Origin: Balanoglossus misakiensis
Lineage: Eukaryota; Animalia; Hemichordata
Direction of reading: 5' to 3'
Assembly (NCBI GenBank): GCA_040954595.2
Contig: CM082593.2
Location: 124,001-188,000, forward strand
Length of the DNA: 64,000 nt
In this document: one piece after another, positions 50,607 to 64,000 of the stretch
How positions within the stretch are numbered: position 1 is the first letter of the stretch
Layout: every line of letters starts with the position of its first letter
Notes under the pieces: model-generated
Databases searched by the model: none
What the model was told of the DNA's origin: nothing
Seen by the model: only the letters and a program-made list of their open reading frames with translations
Made by a program: the position numbers and the translations under genes

Positions 50607-52801
50607 CATCAACATTTGTAGACATCTCAATAATATCTGTGATAAAATAATTAGAGACTTTACTTACATCATAGACAACCACGGTCAGATTGAACTCATC
50701 TATTTCCTCATAATCAAGTGTTTTTGTCAAGAATATTTCTGGTTTGCTGTAAACAGGAATGTCAAAATATGTTGACCCAGGTCCCTGTAAAAGCAACAAA
50801 GGCATTCTGTTCAACATTACTATGGTTACCACAGCATCTTCTGGATTGATGTTCATGGACAAGACGTCATCACAGTCAAACAACCATAAAGCATGTTGGT
50901 CAAGAATTATTCTATTTGGTACAAAAACAAACTGTTAGTGCCCTTATAATAGAATGTATTACTTACTTCTTGTATTTTGTAAAGAATGTATAAGGTTTTG
51001 CTGCAGTCATTATCATGACCATTTAATTCGTTATATATCATCGAACCAACTGATGTCAGCTGTGAAAATAATGGCAAAGAACATATGAACCATGGATTCC
51101 CTTTCAACAATAATTACTATGAGAAATTCCCACTGAGTGTAACAATTCTTCAAACCGAAAAGAAAGAACTAAAGGAATACATTTACTTATCATTAAACAT
51201 GAAAATTTATGATTGGCGAAATGTAACCTGTTCATGTCTATCACAGATTTTCACCAGGTGTCCACATGGAAAAAGTGCACTGCAAAACATGGTCAGAAAG
51301 GCTTAGAAATGACTTTTTAACTAATGTATGGACAAAAATGTAAATAATTGTAATTCTTTAATGCACAAGTGACTATATGACTAAATTTTAAAAATAATCA
51401 TCTTCAAAATGACTTGCCTCATCAACATAAATCTCATATGGCGCATTTACAAAATAGGGGTCGTTATCATTAAGCCCGTAGATATCAATCTTCAATTCCA
51501 TCTGTGTGCAGTCATAAGAATATGGTTATAAACAAAATAATACACAGTACACAGTCAAATGCACATGTGTGCACTTGAGTGTGTGTGTGTGCAAATGTGT
51601 GTGTTAAATAATTTGAGGATACACATCACTACCATATTTCTATACAAGCTGTAGTCTGCTACTCTCATTTTATGTATACAAATACATAATACAGAATTGA
51701 GAAAGACAGACCTAGCATGCTGAGAAAGATAAACATGTAGGTAAATGTGTAAGTCATAAGAAGAAGAAAAAATTACATACAGTTTCTGCTGGACCACTGG
51801 GAAGCTCGGTGCATATGACTGTTATCAAAAGTTGCTTCCTGGTGCACTGAAACAAACAATTGGTTATAGCTTAGAAAAGCTGCACTAGACTGTATGATTG
51901 TAAAATCAACCTCTGAACTTCAGGTAGTACGTGCAACCAGTTGGCACACGCATCTGAGTTTTTTGGGGGTTTTGGCGAGTGTGATATCAACTAGGTTGAT
52001 TAATTACATTTTTATCCAGATCGTATTGCTGTTTCCATTTGATTTCTTTTTCATCCAACGAAAACAACTCTTTATCGCTGCCACCCAGAGTTAGACTGAC
52101 GTCTGTGCCAGGGTCACCAGTAACTGTAACATTGTACACCGATGTGCCTGAAAGAACAGTTTTAGAACTATGAGTTTTATTCCAATACTTTAAAGATGCG
52201 CTTTCAGGAATTCTTTTTTTTTGGTCATTTATGGAAGTCGTAAACACCAAAATCTAAAATGTTCAGCTTTCAACGATGAATATTTTTGTTAAATATCATC
52301 ACGAAGGCCAATAAAAGAGCAACCAACAAATCATCCATGGAATTCTATTTGCTTTGTTTCCTTTCCTTGTTTCTTTCGTAATTTGATCACTGTCATTGTC
52401 TGCAGTATAGACTAACTACTTGCCACTGTCCATCCCACCTGATAGACATCGGTGGTAAAGGCCTACATTCAATCTATACTCAATATACCGGTAAATACTT
52501 AACCTTACCTTGTGGCAACTCTTCATGCAATTCAAGTGGCGAATTTGGTATATTGCTGAAGATGCACAAAGCTGTGTATATAATATAAAAATACAATGTA
52601 CAATAAATTATCAACAGAAGTAAGCCTCAAAGCTATAAAAAATCAAAAATCAAAGGTGTCTGCGCAATGATTCTCTTCCTGATGAAAAAATCTACAAGCA
52701 TCATTGGGCTTTGCATGTTTATTTTGTAATTTACAAAAGAAAAATGCTTTATTTACCAGAAACCGCGTCTATGCGAAGCAATCCGATAATAAATATCACT
52801 C
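23161..52801 (-). CDS. Giant single-pass cadherin-related protein of the PCDH15/Cad99C/CDH23 group, about 27 EC repeats + membrane-adjacent domain + TM + PDZ-binding tail; ATG exon not located
   Basis: About 63 phase-compatible exons: 52757-52801, 52509-52571, 52008-52147, 51781-51846, 51418-51501, 50967-51059, 50668-50784, 50050-50251, 49637-49770, 49203-49394, 48851-49009, 48257-48418, 47667-47872, 47252-47381, 46605-46678, 46245-46329, 45816-45944, 45406-45470, 44966-45206, 44473-44715, 44081-44266, 43519-43617, 43081-43203, 42352-42588, 41813-41989, 41531-41629, 40820-40942, 40007-40243, 39687-39866, 39420-39521, 38969-39091, 38501-38680, 38052-38301, 37472-37759, 36899-37271, 36286-36497, 35749-35858, 35198-35305, 34742-34919, 34438-34532, 34019-34165, 33566-33668, 32890-33189, 32384-32556, 32006-32198, 31597-31811, 30741-30947, 30481-30585, 29917-30034, 29321-29604, 28756-28911, 28336-28457, 27919-28031, 27565-27717, 26857-27002, 26397-26603, 26058-26146, 25801-25884, 25511-25591, 24886-25092 (TM), 24629-24718, 24059-24164, 23161-23817. 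Recurrent LDRE, AxDxD and DxNDNxPxF motifs. No EGF or laminin-G domains seen. Confidence 0.92.
24886..25092 (-). CDS. Cadherin transmembrane exon
   Basis: Encodes QSITRKRRQSNTFEEFSLYWNVVEFSGIGGKIVKEQNRMTSTEIAVLVTGMVIMCGSLLGIFYLLCSDR; hydrophobic helix; phase 2-2 fits both neighbouring exons. Confidence 0.88.
39559..39609. repeat. Perfect 25-bp-arm palindrome with 1-nt loop in a short cadherin intron
   Basis: gatttttaacaactaatgtaacaat-g-attgttacattagttgttaaaaatc. Confidence 0.95.
43775..44026. mobile_element. Probable truncated member of the gtcacgtg/ccaatca foldback repeat family
   Basis: CpG-richer island in an AT-rich intron with ggtcacgtgacc (43918) and ccaatcacgtga (43982), bounded by ttataata / tattataa; the 5' hairpin is missing. 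Confidence 0.45.
50376..50603. repeat. Tetranucleotide microsatellite (TATG)n(TACG)n(TATG)n
   Basis: Directly visible; explains the YVCM/TYIH ORFs at 50258-50883. Confidence 0.97.
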
Positions 52802-52989
52802 CTGAAATGAGAAATAAAAGAGCCAACAAGTTAAACAAATTATGACTATGTTGACTTATCATGAGTGAGGCAAAAGAAGTTTAAATAAAATACATGATAC
52901 ATCTCAGCTCACCTAACAGATGCTGCCAGCCTGACCAACACATTCTGCTTGTTTTGCCTCTGAAAACACCTGCACAATGATTAGAGATA

Positions 52990-53620
52990 TTGTTAGCACA
53001 TGATAGCGAGGGCAATATCACGATTTGACGCCTGCACGAGGGATGGTGATCTCTAACCATAATATTGATGATGCCCGAGCCGCAGGCGAGGGTATCATCA
53101 ATATTGTGGTCAGAGATCACCAGCCCGAGGGCAGGCTTCAAATCGTGATGTTGCCCGAGCATCATGTGTTATTAATTTTATTACGCCGAACATTTGAACG
53201 CACATACACTACAGCATAGAAGAACTTAGGGTTGCATCCATGTCGTACGTTGCTGAGAATGTAAATGATATCCCAAGAACTATACCTACTTCGAACATAG
53301 ATAATTTTGAGGATACTGTGCTGTTGCCTGCCATTTTGGTGTATTTACTGCCCGTTTGCAGTAAAATATCTTCCAGTTGAACAGGTGTTAAGCCCGTGCG
53401 GCTCTTTGAAGCCATAGATACGGGAGTTGACTGATCGTGGAGGAAGCCATTGAACGACAGTTTGTTACGCGCAGAAGTTGTGCGCAGAACACCAAAACAA
53501 CCCAGCGGGCAATATCAACAGGGCTTTATCAACTCTTGCCATGTTATGTCACTTGTTCTCTATGTCACGTGAGCGCGTCTCAGCCAATCACGAATACGAC
53601 ATAATACGCGAGGTATAATA
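52990..53620. mobile_element. Non-autonomous foldback element, same architecture as 13286-13604
   Basis: Imperfect hairpin 52997-53168 (loop cgagccgcaggcgag), CpG-rich interior, tgtcacgtg...ccaatcac at 53563-53590 and ggtataata terminus. Confidence 0.75.
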
Positions 53621-55947
53621 ACATACACATAAAATGTAGAAACAGAAGTTGCTTTGTTCGTACGTGTAATTCTGCGTTATACGAATGTCATTTGGCAATT
53701 ACTCTTAGCCTTAAAGTATATGGGTGTCTGGATGTCCGTCTGCATACGATAATTTTACTCTTCAACCTGGGAGACCGTCGAAAGGTATAAGGAGTAGCAT
53801 CGAGAGCCAATTATAGACAGAAATCTTTCGTTAAAATTGACCATTGAAAGTTTGCGTTACATTTCACAATGTGTCAGTAATTTTGTTTGGGCTAATGCAC
53901 TGGTGGGATACAGCAAGGTCAGACTTTGGATCATGAGGGCTCTCAAGTGAAGTTGACTCTTGGGGGCGGTCACAGAATAGCAGTCACGTGACCTTTGGCA
54001 GTCACAGAATTTATCTCAAGACGGCTGCGTACGTGTTCTGCAGGTATTAAAACGAGTCCCTATCAAAATTTCGATACGCGAAGATTAATGCTGTACTTCA
54101 ACTGTCAGTCAAAAAGTGGTTATTGTTTGCTCATTATTTTCGGCTTGTGGTGGGCGACACTCAAACATTCTTGTGGATAATAATTTATTGAGTTCAAATA
54201 TTTCGTATCAATTAAATGCACATGCCAGGTAAAACCTTTCAGATGTTTTTATTTGGTTAACTCGTTGTATAATCGCCCCATTTTTGATTCAGTAATATAA
54301 AAGTTGAAAATGTGATTAAACGAGGGCGGCACTGCTAGCTCTGTGGTGTTTGCTGAGTGCGTTAGCAGTTGACGTGTGTTATTTACAGTCTACAGAGTAA
54401 TTTAAAAAAAAACGACCTATTAGTTACTATGCCATCATGCTAACGTGCTACCCACAAGACACACGTACTGACGATGTCACAGATTATTAAACGACGTTCC
54501 CATGAACATAAACGTCGTCAGAAATAGGGAATAGTTCCCAAATCGTGGACATCTATCAAAAATGCGGCTGTATGTGATGTTTGAAAAACAGAGTGAGTGA
54601 CCGAATTATATCAGACAGGTAGGCGCGGAAAGTGAATTGCCTTTGCTTTTGTTTTTTAACCGCCTCATTTAAATATGTCAGCGTTTATGGGAAGACCATT
54701 AATGTGTTTGGTTACTATGTTATAAATCATATATCTTAACCGTCTACAACGGCGTATCTAGCATTCTAACTTCTGCTAGGAACATACAATGCCATACTGA
54801 CACAAGAATTGGTTTCAGCGAATCATATGAACAGTTAAAAACATGTCCGCCGAGTCTAAAATCAACAAATTATTGATTTCGTATTTGAACTACTTTTTTC
54901 TAATCAGTTTTGAACAGAGCCAAATATGCCCCGTAGGCCTAAACACAAAAAATCACAAATTAGAATGTCAATGAGCTCAAAGAACAAAGACCATAAAGTC
55001 GCAAATCCACTAAATGCCAATATTACCATGATGACCAACAAGTAAATTTCTGATCCGATTGGAGAGAATAACCACGAACAGGTTCAACTTCTGCAAAATC
55101 GAAATTAATTAACCAGACACGGTAGTTCGAGAAAACGAAAGGCAGGGATATGAAATCTCAAATTACATGTGAAGAAAATAGATTCCGGGTGGCTAACACA
55201 ATCGAAAACGGTTTAAGACTGTCTCCTGCGCGACAGGTCACTTACTTGACTTACGACGCCAGTGATATCTGTTTCCACTGTTTGCCCCGTGCCCGATACG
55301 TCACTTCGCACTAGTCAACAAACCATATGTCTTCAAAACGACCGTGACACGATTTGTGTCCGTCACCCAGATTGTCCGCCGCTCGTCTTACTTGTTACGG
55401 TGAGACTATCGTTTTGGGGGACTACAATTCGTTATCAACACAGCGAATGTGTGTCGTCGTATTTGTTTGACAGTTCTACAAGCGACCAAAGTTAATGATT
55501 AAATTGCAATAGCTCAGTAGACCTAATTTGGATGAAAACATAGCGTCGTCAAAGTATGTTTCTGATGTTTTTTCTTCGACATTGAAAAAAGATAAATTAT
55601 TTCCGACTGATATCCTATTTCTCAGAATGAGTATGCATAGAGGGCTCTACTCCTGGGTAAAATATTCAAATGTAATTTACGTGCGTGACAACAGTATACT
55701 GTCCGTTTCGTCGACCTGCAGGAGATCTAGAACTGTTTATTTTTACCAAGTGTGTTTGATTTATTGTTCACGTTGGGGTTGTAAAAAACAGTACGTACCA
55801 CAATCATCAGTTTTACCTTTTCAAGATCTGCAAAGGAGCATGCATCTTTGCTTCGAACAGTCTGTAGGTGTTTCAATTCACTTTCAGCCTTCCGAACTTC
55901 CGTTGTGGGCTTGGTAGCATTCTCATAATTATATGACTTCATGTTAT

Positions 55948-57065
55948 CATGAAAAATGTCAAGAAACGACAAAATGACCGAAATTCGCAAAGTCGGAGAG
56001 CTCTTGCTGACCGTGGTGGTCACGGACATTTTTTGGCTCTAAGAACCACGCTCTTCCTGACCGCGGTGGTTGTCACAAGATGGTAAGAAATACACTAGCC
56101 AACTGCGACGTGAATTTAGTATCGCCAAAATGAGTGTTTGAGATCCAAAGTGTTGTGCAGAAAAGAGCTCACACGTACACATTTAAATATGGTTTAACTA
56201 GTTTGTAATTCACCAAATACAACGAAATACAAAAAGTATGCACATAAAATGCCTCTGTGGGAACAACCTATAATAATGCGGGTGATGAAAAGTTATGCAC
56301 ACAAAAACTCACGACAAGAACAATGTCCAGAGTCCCCGAGCGAAGAACGACGAAGCAAGGTCCGGCAACCGACAAAACGACGATTTCCTGGGCCTGGAAC
56401 GGAGTTGCTGGCTTCACGACTGTTCGGAGACGGTCGACGGTGAGTGGACAATGTAGACGTAAACGCTGGTAGGTGACCGATGTCTCGCAACCGATGACTG
56501 GTAGGCTGGCAGGCACAACAGACGAACGCACGCCCAACCAACACGGACATGGACGGTGGCTCTGTACCCTGAAGCAACACGCGGTGACCAGAGGAACGAT
56601 GGAAGTAGAGTGGAGCCCCCTAAGACCCGAAGCACCGACCTTTTATATGACCAGTTTTGCATCACGACTGTTTCAAACGCGGTCTCAGAAGCTGATTGGC
56701 GTACTCGATGCCACCCAACAGATGTAACGCGTACAATATGTTAATAACCCGCTCAGTTACCTACTATAACTTGTAAACACCATGTGCTTGTGTCATGTAA
56801 ATTCACAGAACTGTCGTTCACAAAACAGAATTCAAAAACAAAAAGTCGTCACTTTACAAACCGGTGACCATGTCAATCATATCGTGACAGTGGTCGTGGA
56901 CATTTTTTGGTCCTAAGAACCACGCTCTTCCTGACAAAAATGACAAAATGACCTAAATCCGCAAAGTCGGAAAACTGTCATTTTTGATAAAAAAATCATG
57001 ACCTATAACCCATGAAAAATGTCAAGAAACGGCAAAATGACCGAAATTCGCAAAGTCGGAAAACC
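55948..57065. repeat. Shuffled direct repeats flanking a GC-rich insert (possible solo LTR)
   Basis: catgaaaaatgtcaagaaacg.caaaatgaccgaaattcgcaaagtcgga at 55948 and 57011 (partial third copy near 56936); ggacattttttgg..ctaagaaccacgctcttcctgac near 56024 and 56898; GC-rich core about 56150-56840. No clean target-site duplication found. Confidence 0.6.
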
Positions 57066-58152
57066 GTAGAGTGTAGATTTAAAACGCCGATGACTTTATT
57101 CAGAAAGGCCAGTCGTGGACATACAGGACAAGCCTGCAGTCCCAACTGGACAAGCGGAACGAACTGGTCGAACCCAACAGTAGAACTGAACTAACTCACT
57201 AAGATACAGATATTTTAAAACACATCAAACTGCGCGCATTGGGTCTGTACAAAACAATATTATTCTTCCCCCAAGATGTGAACAAGACAAAGACTACTTT
57301 AACAGATACAATATTATGATAAATTTTGAGGTCGTTTCATTTCGAAGACTCTTTGGAGTCAAAGTGAAACGGCAAAATCGCGTTTACTTGGACTCGAATG
57401 AGACAGCAGTGATCTAATTTTCAAAAGAGAAACCTTTGTACAAGATATATGAGTGAGTTGAACGAATTTTGTAAATGTAGTTGAGTCGGTAGATTAGTGT
57501 AAAATATGTGGCTTAACTTGCCGGGCCCAGCTGACTGTGGACTTAATATGAAATGTCACGCATGCCCGTTCGCAAGTTTGTGTGCCAGTCAGACTTTTGC
57601 AAAGCAGACAACAGACCATCATGACAATTCATTTATACGCGAGACCTTGGTTACACAAGTAAAATTTGGAGGACACATGCAATGTACGGGTTTCCAGGTA
57701 TCATTTCTACCCTGTTACATATATGGCTAATTATTCAAACATGAATTTATCCACTATCAAATTGATAATTCATAATCATAATTTCTTCCCAGTATATCCG
57801 GAATACGTTTTTTAAATAAAGCTTACATATAACATACATACAGCAGATATATAACAGCTATGAACATGAAAAGAAAATTCTCTGCGAGATTTTCCACATA
57901 ACAATTTATTATACTAAAACAGTGTATCTTAACGTTACATATCGATTACAACCACGCATTACCTCTATATGTAGTCACTGGCAAAACAAAAAAATACCGC
58001 ATTTTCGCTGACAACACTACTTTCTAAAATATTCGAAAATAACGGTAGATTACTGTATATAACTGCTTGCTTGAAATCCGCTTTTGCCCAATTCTTGTTC
58101 TCTAAATGCGTTCAACATCAGATGCCAGTGAGTAAATGTGCACAATCCTATT

Positions 58153-59289
58153 TCAATGTCTTACATGTGGATTGTTGTTCGTTAAGGGTTCGTCACTCTC
58201 AGACCTTGAAGCATAGTCGTGTAGGAGTGTCTTTCTTTCTTCTTTTTCTTTCGCCTGGTTTCTCTTCCATTTTATGAAAGCAACCAGAACGGAGCTGAGA
58301 ACAATGATGGTAGCACCGGCGATTTCGAACGGATTTGGTGTTGTGTCAAATATCGTTGCCTGGTAAACATAAGTGGCGAAGACTTCGATGTTAAGAAGCA
58401 TGGCCACAGTTGCCGCGACTTCAAGTTGAAAACTTCGATAATACGCATACAAAGCTACAGCGTCGACGACACAGTAGAGAGCGAGTGTAACCGCCAGTTG
58501 TGGAGCCATCGACCACACCGAGTTTGTGGTGACTACAAACAACGGTACTGAAGACAGAATGACTCCGGTTAAAGCATCGTAAAATAGCCTACAGGAGACT
58601 GTCCCGCTATCGCCGAGAGATCTCGCCAGGACATAAGCGAGTGAGAAAGAAACACCCGTGCTCACTGTAAGCGCGTATCCAACAGCCAGATTCGAATTGG
58701 TGGGTTCTGTTGGCCCAATGATTTCATCAGATGAATTGTATTGACCCACTTCGATAGAGTGTGAGGTTTCAACAAACGTGTTGAAAGGTCCAGCCACTGC
58801 TACGACGCCAATTATGTTCATCACAGTGACAAGTATTTCTACAATAGTCCACGATTCTTTCAAAAAGAAGAAAGCTAACAAGGGGGTCAAAACCGGCGTA
58901 ATACCTCTGACGATAGCCGTGACGTCACCGAATTCTACGAACTGGTAGGCGAAGTATGACAACGTTAAAGCTGACCAACGGAATATTCCAGTCGAAAACA
59001 GAACTATAATTGTTTTGGCACCAACGAATAAAACGTTTTCCCTGCTAACTACACACAACAGAATTGCAAACGTAAATAGTGTAATGTAAGCCAGGAATAA
59101 AATTTGAAAAGTTGGAATCCCGTGATCCTCTGCGATATTCACCGCAGTTGTCGCTGTGGCGAATAAGATGCCGGTCAAGGCGGCAAAAATAATTCCCAAC
59201 AGTGTCTTTAAGACTTTCTTGCATCCATAGCAACAGCTGTCGTCATTATTGTTGACACCATCATATTCCTCGGCATTTCTTGACGTCAT
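58153..59289 (-). CDS. SLC35G1-like EamA / drug-metabolite transporter family membrane protein, intronless
   Basis: Single 378-codon ORF from the first ATG at 59289 (the track begins at an upstream TTG; an in-frame stop lies just upstream); about 10 hydrophobic segments in two repeats; motifs GD.TAI...TPVLT.LLAFFFLKE, GY.L, SFQLE.A..VA, E....Y.YQ..IF...PN.FEIAGA.II typical of SLC35G. Confidence 0.87.
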   Translation of the reverse strand: MTSRNAEEYDGVNNNDDSCCYGCKKVLKTLLGIIFAALTGILFATATTAVNIAEDHGIPTFQILFLAYITLFTFAILLCVVSRENVLFVGAKTIIVLFSTGIFRWSALTLSYFAYQFVEFGDVTAIVRGITPVLTPLLAFFFLKESWTIVEILVTVMNIIGVVAVAGPFNTFVETSHSIEVGQYNSSDEIIGPTEPTNSNLAVGYALTVSTGVSFSLAYVLARSLGDSGTVSCRLFYDALTGVILSSVPLFVVTTNSVWSMAPQLAVTLALYCVVDAVALYAYYRSFQLEVAATVAMLLNIEVFATYVYQATIFDTTPNPFEIAGATIIVLSSVLVAFIKWKRNQAKEKEERKTLLHDYASRSESDEPLTNNNPHVRH

Positions 59290-61556
59290 AATTATTCTGT
59301 TCAATAGCGTAGTATTGGCTATTTACTGAAATTAGTCGCTCGTTGTTGTAATAATTTCTTTGGAGTTCTCTTTTGTAGCCGTTCTGACGATCACTACACG
59401 AAGTTTCTAAAAAAAATATGTATTTTTTTGTTAGTTTCTACATACAGCAGCAGCAACAAATAATCGTTAGTTAGCATTTTAAGGAACAGAAGGTCGAGTC
59501 TCTGCCAAGACGAGAAAATCATGCTACACGTCTATACATTGATGTCAAATTTTACCAGAACATCTTGTCACTTCACAGGACAACTTAATTACGTTTAATA
59601 TAAAAGAATATGATTATGGCAATTCAAATTCTCTCTTCAGCTAAAGGCAGTAAAGCCCAAGAAAAAAATACATTTTAATCTACCAGCATAAATGACAGGG
59701 TGTAATTAAAGGAAACCAACATCGAATGAGATGGCTCGTTACCATCACTGTTTTATGAAGTTTACACCTAAAACACCACCAATATGTTTAAGCCTTATAT
59801 TCATAGACACAACACTAGAATTTTAGATGGAAGAACACATTTATACAATAATTTTAATTTAATGGACATTATAGAAAACCTCCACACTTGCGATCATATG
59901 TCCTGCAATGCGAATGTCGAGTAGTTCTCTGGCCGTGTATATCAAAACTGCGGCCTTTGAACAATAGATCGGTATTCATCTGTTTAAACAGTCTATATTC
60001 TAAGATTATACTATCTCATGACAGATACATTTGGCGACGAATGGACAATTACAAAATTACATGACTTACCCAGCTGTAGTTTACAATATGTTTTCCATTA
60101 ATGAACTGCACGGAAAATTTCATGCGATTCAGCATCAACCATGACAAGATAATGAATGGAATTAATTAATTAGCTGCTGTTTTACCGTGTTGTCTGCCCG
60201 CTTGCTGGGTACCGTTTAAGTTTGCGAATACGTGCTGAATCTGTTTACGACCGAAAAGCCAACAATCCTATTGGACGTACACGTGAACATAATCCACGTG
60301 CTGGCGGTCATGCGTGAATGCGGGTATGAAAGTTTCCAGCTATGAGTCAGCATGCACATCATGATCACATGACCAAACTGAACATCTCTCTCTCTGACGA
60401 TAGGTCCATCACCAAAAGAACTGAACACCCGTCTAATCCATGAATATGCCTGTCTGTCAAACACAAAACCAAGTGCTTTCCTTGTCTCGTCAGAAAAGAC
60501 AACCAAATTATTTTATTTCGATGTTGGTACATTATGAACTGACTTTAGACAGCGCCCTCATTCGTCATTATTTCTTTATATAAGCCGTAGTAAGGATGCT
60601 TACATAAACAGCCAGCATAATAAAACATGCAGCTGATGGCTGCATGTATTTCACTGAAATTAATTAGTATGCAGACATCGAATATGCTTTTCTATCGCTC
60701 ATGAAACATCTAAGGCATGTACCTTGACAGAAGTGTGAGCATAAAAGTCCCATAAATCCCAGGGCAGCCTGACTGAAACTCAAACCCCTGTACCACTATT
60801 TCTTGGTATTTTTCACTGCTCAGATGAGGTTACCACCTTCTTTCACAGTGGCCAAGCTGCTTTTTTCTGTTTAGTGCTGGTACAGTTACACAACAGCCAT
60901 GACAACGACCAGAAAAGGTCACAGACAGAACCGGCTAGGCAGACCATGAATCTAAAACATGAGGACATTTCTCAACTGTTTTGCACACAGTCTCTTTTTT
61001 AGTGGTTTATTTTAAAAAGTGATACAAGCATTGCTTCAATGATAAAGTCAAAACAACGAAAAAGAGGCCTGGAAAAATGTGAAGGTCATGGCTGTCGTCG
61101 ACCATTTTCAAATGACAAATCATGATGATACAGCAATTGATTCAGACAGACCAGCAAAAGGTGATGGACACAAAAATTGGAAACAAGGTCTCGAAGATAC
61201 TACATGTATTTTATTTTCACTAAAAATATGTGGACATTAACAAAAAGAATTTGAAGAATACTGACTACAGAAAAACTAGGTTTGTACAACAGTAAAAAGG
61301 ATATATGAAGTGTTACAGCACATGTGAACTGCGTTACTGCAGTTCAGATCTTTTTCTTGTTTGCCAACACTATCCTAAGCACTGAACAGCTGACCTCTCT
61401 ACATTCAAGATGGTTGCCTGTGCTGTCGTTGCCAAGCTTCTCATTTTTACTGCCACAATGGTGTGCATTACATATTTACAGGACAAAATTACTATTAATT
61501 TTTGGGATATTTTCTTTTGCTAATATCAAGATAAGAGATCACTGACATTTGCACAA

Positions 61557-63759
<2,203 letters not shown>

Positions 63760-64000
63760 CTGAAAGTCATTAATGCCCGCGACATTCATTTTCTGCTGAA
63801 AATGTCCATGCACTGCATGCTGTTGCAGTATATGTATTTTTCATCCAATTCATGTTTCAAATTTGTTTTCAACACAGAATATGTAAGTAACTTAAGTTGC
63901 CAGCAACTTTGACCATTGAACAGAGCGACTTATTCAATTTGTGTCAATCTAACACAATTTTTAATTCCTTCCTGTATCTCACAAATCCAGCTTTCATTCC

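Noticed and set aside
50258-50883. YVCM/TYIH repeat ORFs
   Set aside because: Microsatellite artefacts; only 50668-50784 is a real cadherin exon.
23161-52801. Calling the cadherin Fat, Dachsous, Celsr or a classical cadherin
   Set aside because: No EGF, laminin-G, 7TM or catenin-binding domain; the membrane-adjacent region is of the PCDH15/CDH23 type.
53745-53850. Candidate ATG-containing first exon for the cadherin
   Set aside because: Only a weak phase-1 donor (CCAG|GTTGAA) and an unconvincing signal-peptide start; a stronger donor pair near 55241-55254 has no suitable ORF. Start left unassigned.
56249-56744. Cluster of overlapping short ORFs on both strands
   Set aside because: Expected from high GC content; no gag, pol or transposase motifs.

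Overview
AT-rich, intron-rich animal DNA; the protein sequences, GT-AG introns and mosaic CpG pattern suggest an invertebrate, probably a deuterostome such as a hemichordate or echinoderm (inference). Five protein genes are supported. (1) The 5' half of a Slo1/BK channel gene (KCNMA1-like, minus strand, ATG at 18981, running off the left edge). (2) A divergent four-exon group XII secreted phospholipase A2 (20244-21988). (3) A giant minus-strand cadherin (about 63 coding exons read by eye, 23161-52801, start exon not found) with about 27 EC repeats, a PCDH15/Cad99C-like membrane-adjacent domain, one TM helix and a PDZ-binding tail. (4) An intronless SLC35G/EamA transporter. (5) The 3' half of KAT8/MOF. 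Several MITE/foldback elements and microsatellites are also present. The most notable observations are two unexplained in-frame cassette exons (39 and 387 nt) that would insert into the BK RCK1 Ca2+ site, an E399Q-equivalent change at the BK Mg2+ site, and a PCDH15-type cadherin of CDH23-like length built by triplication of a four-exon unit, with periodic Ca2+-deficient linkers and an RKRR furin motif near the membrane. Exon coordinates and family comparisons were made by eye and from memory of the families; no search was run.
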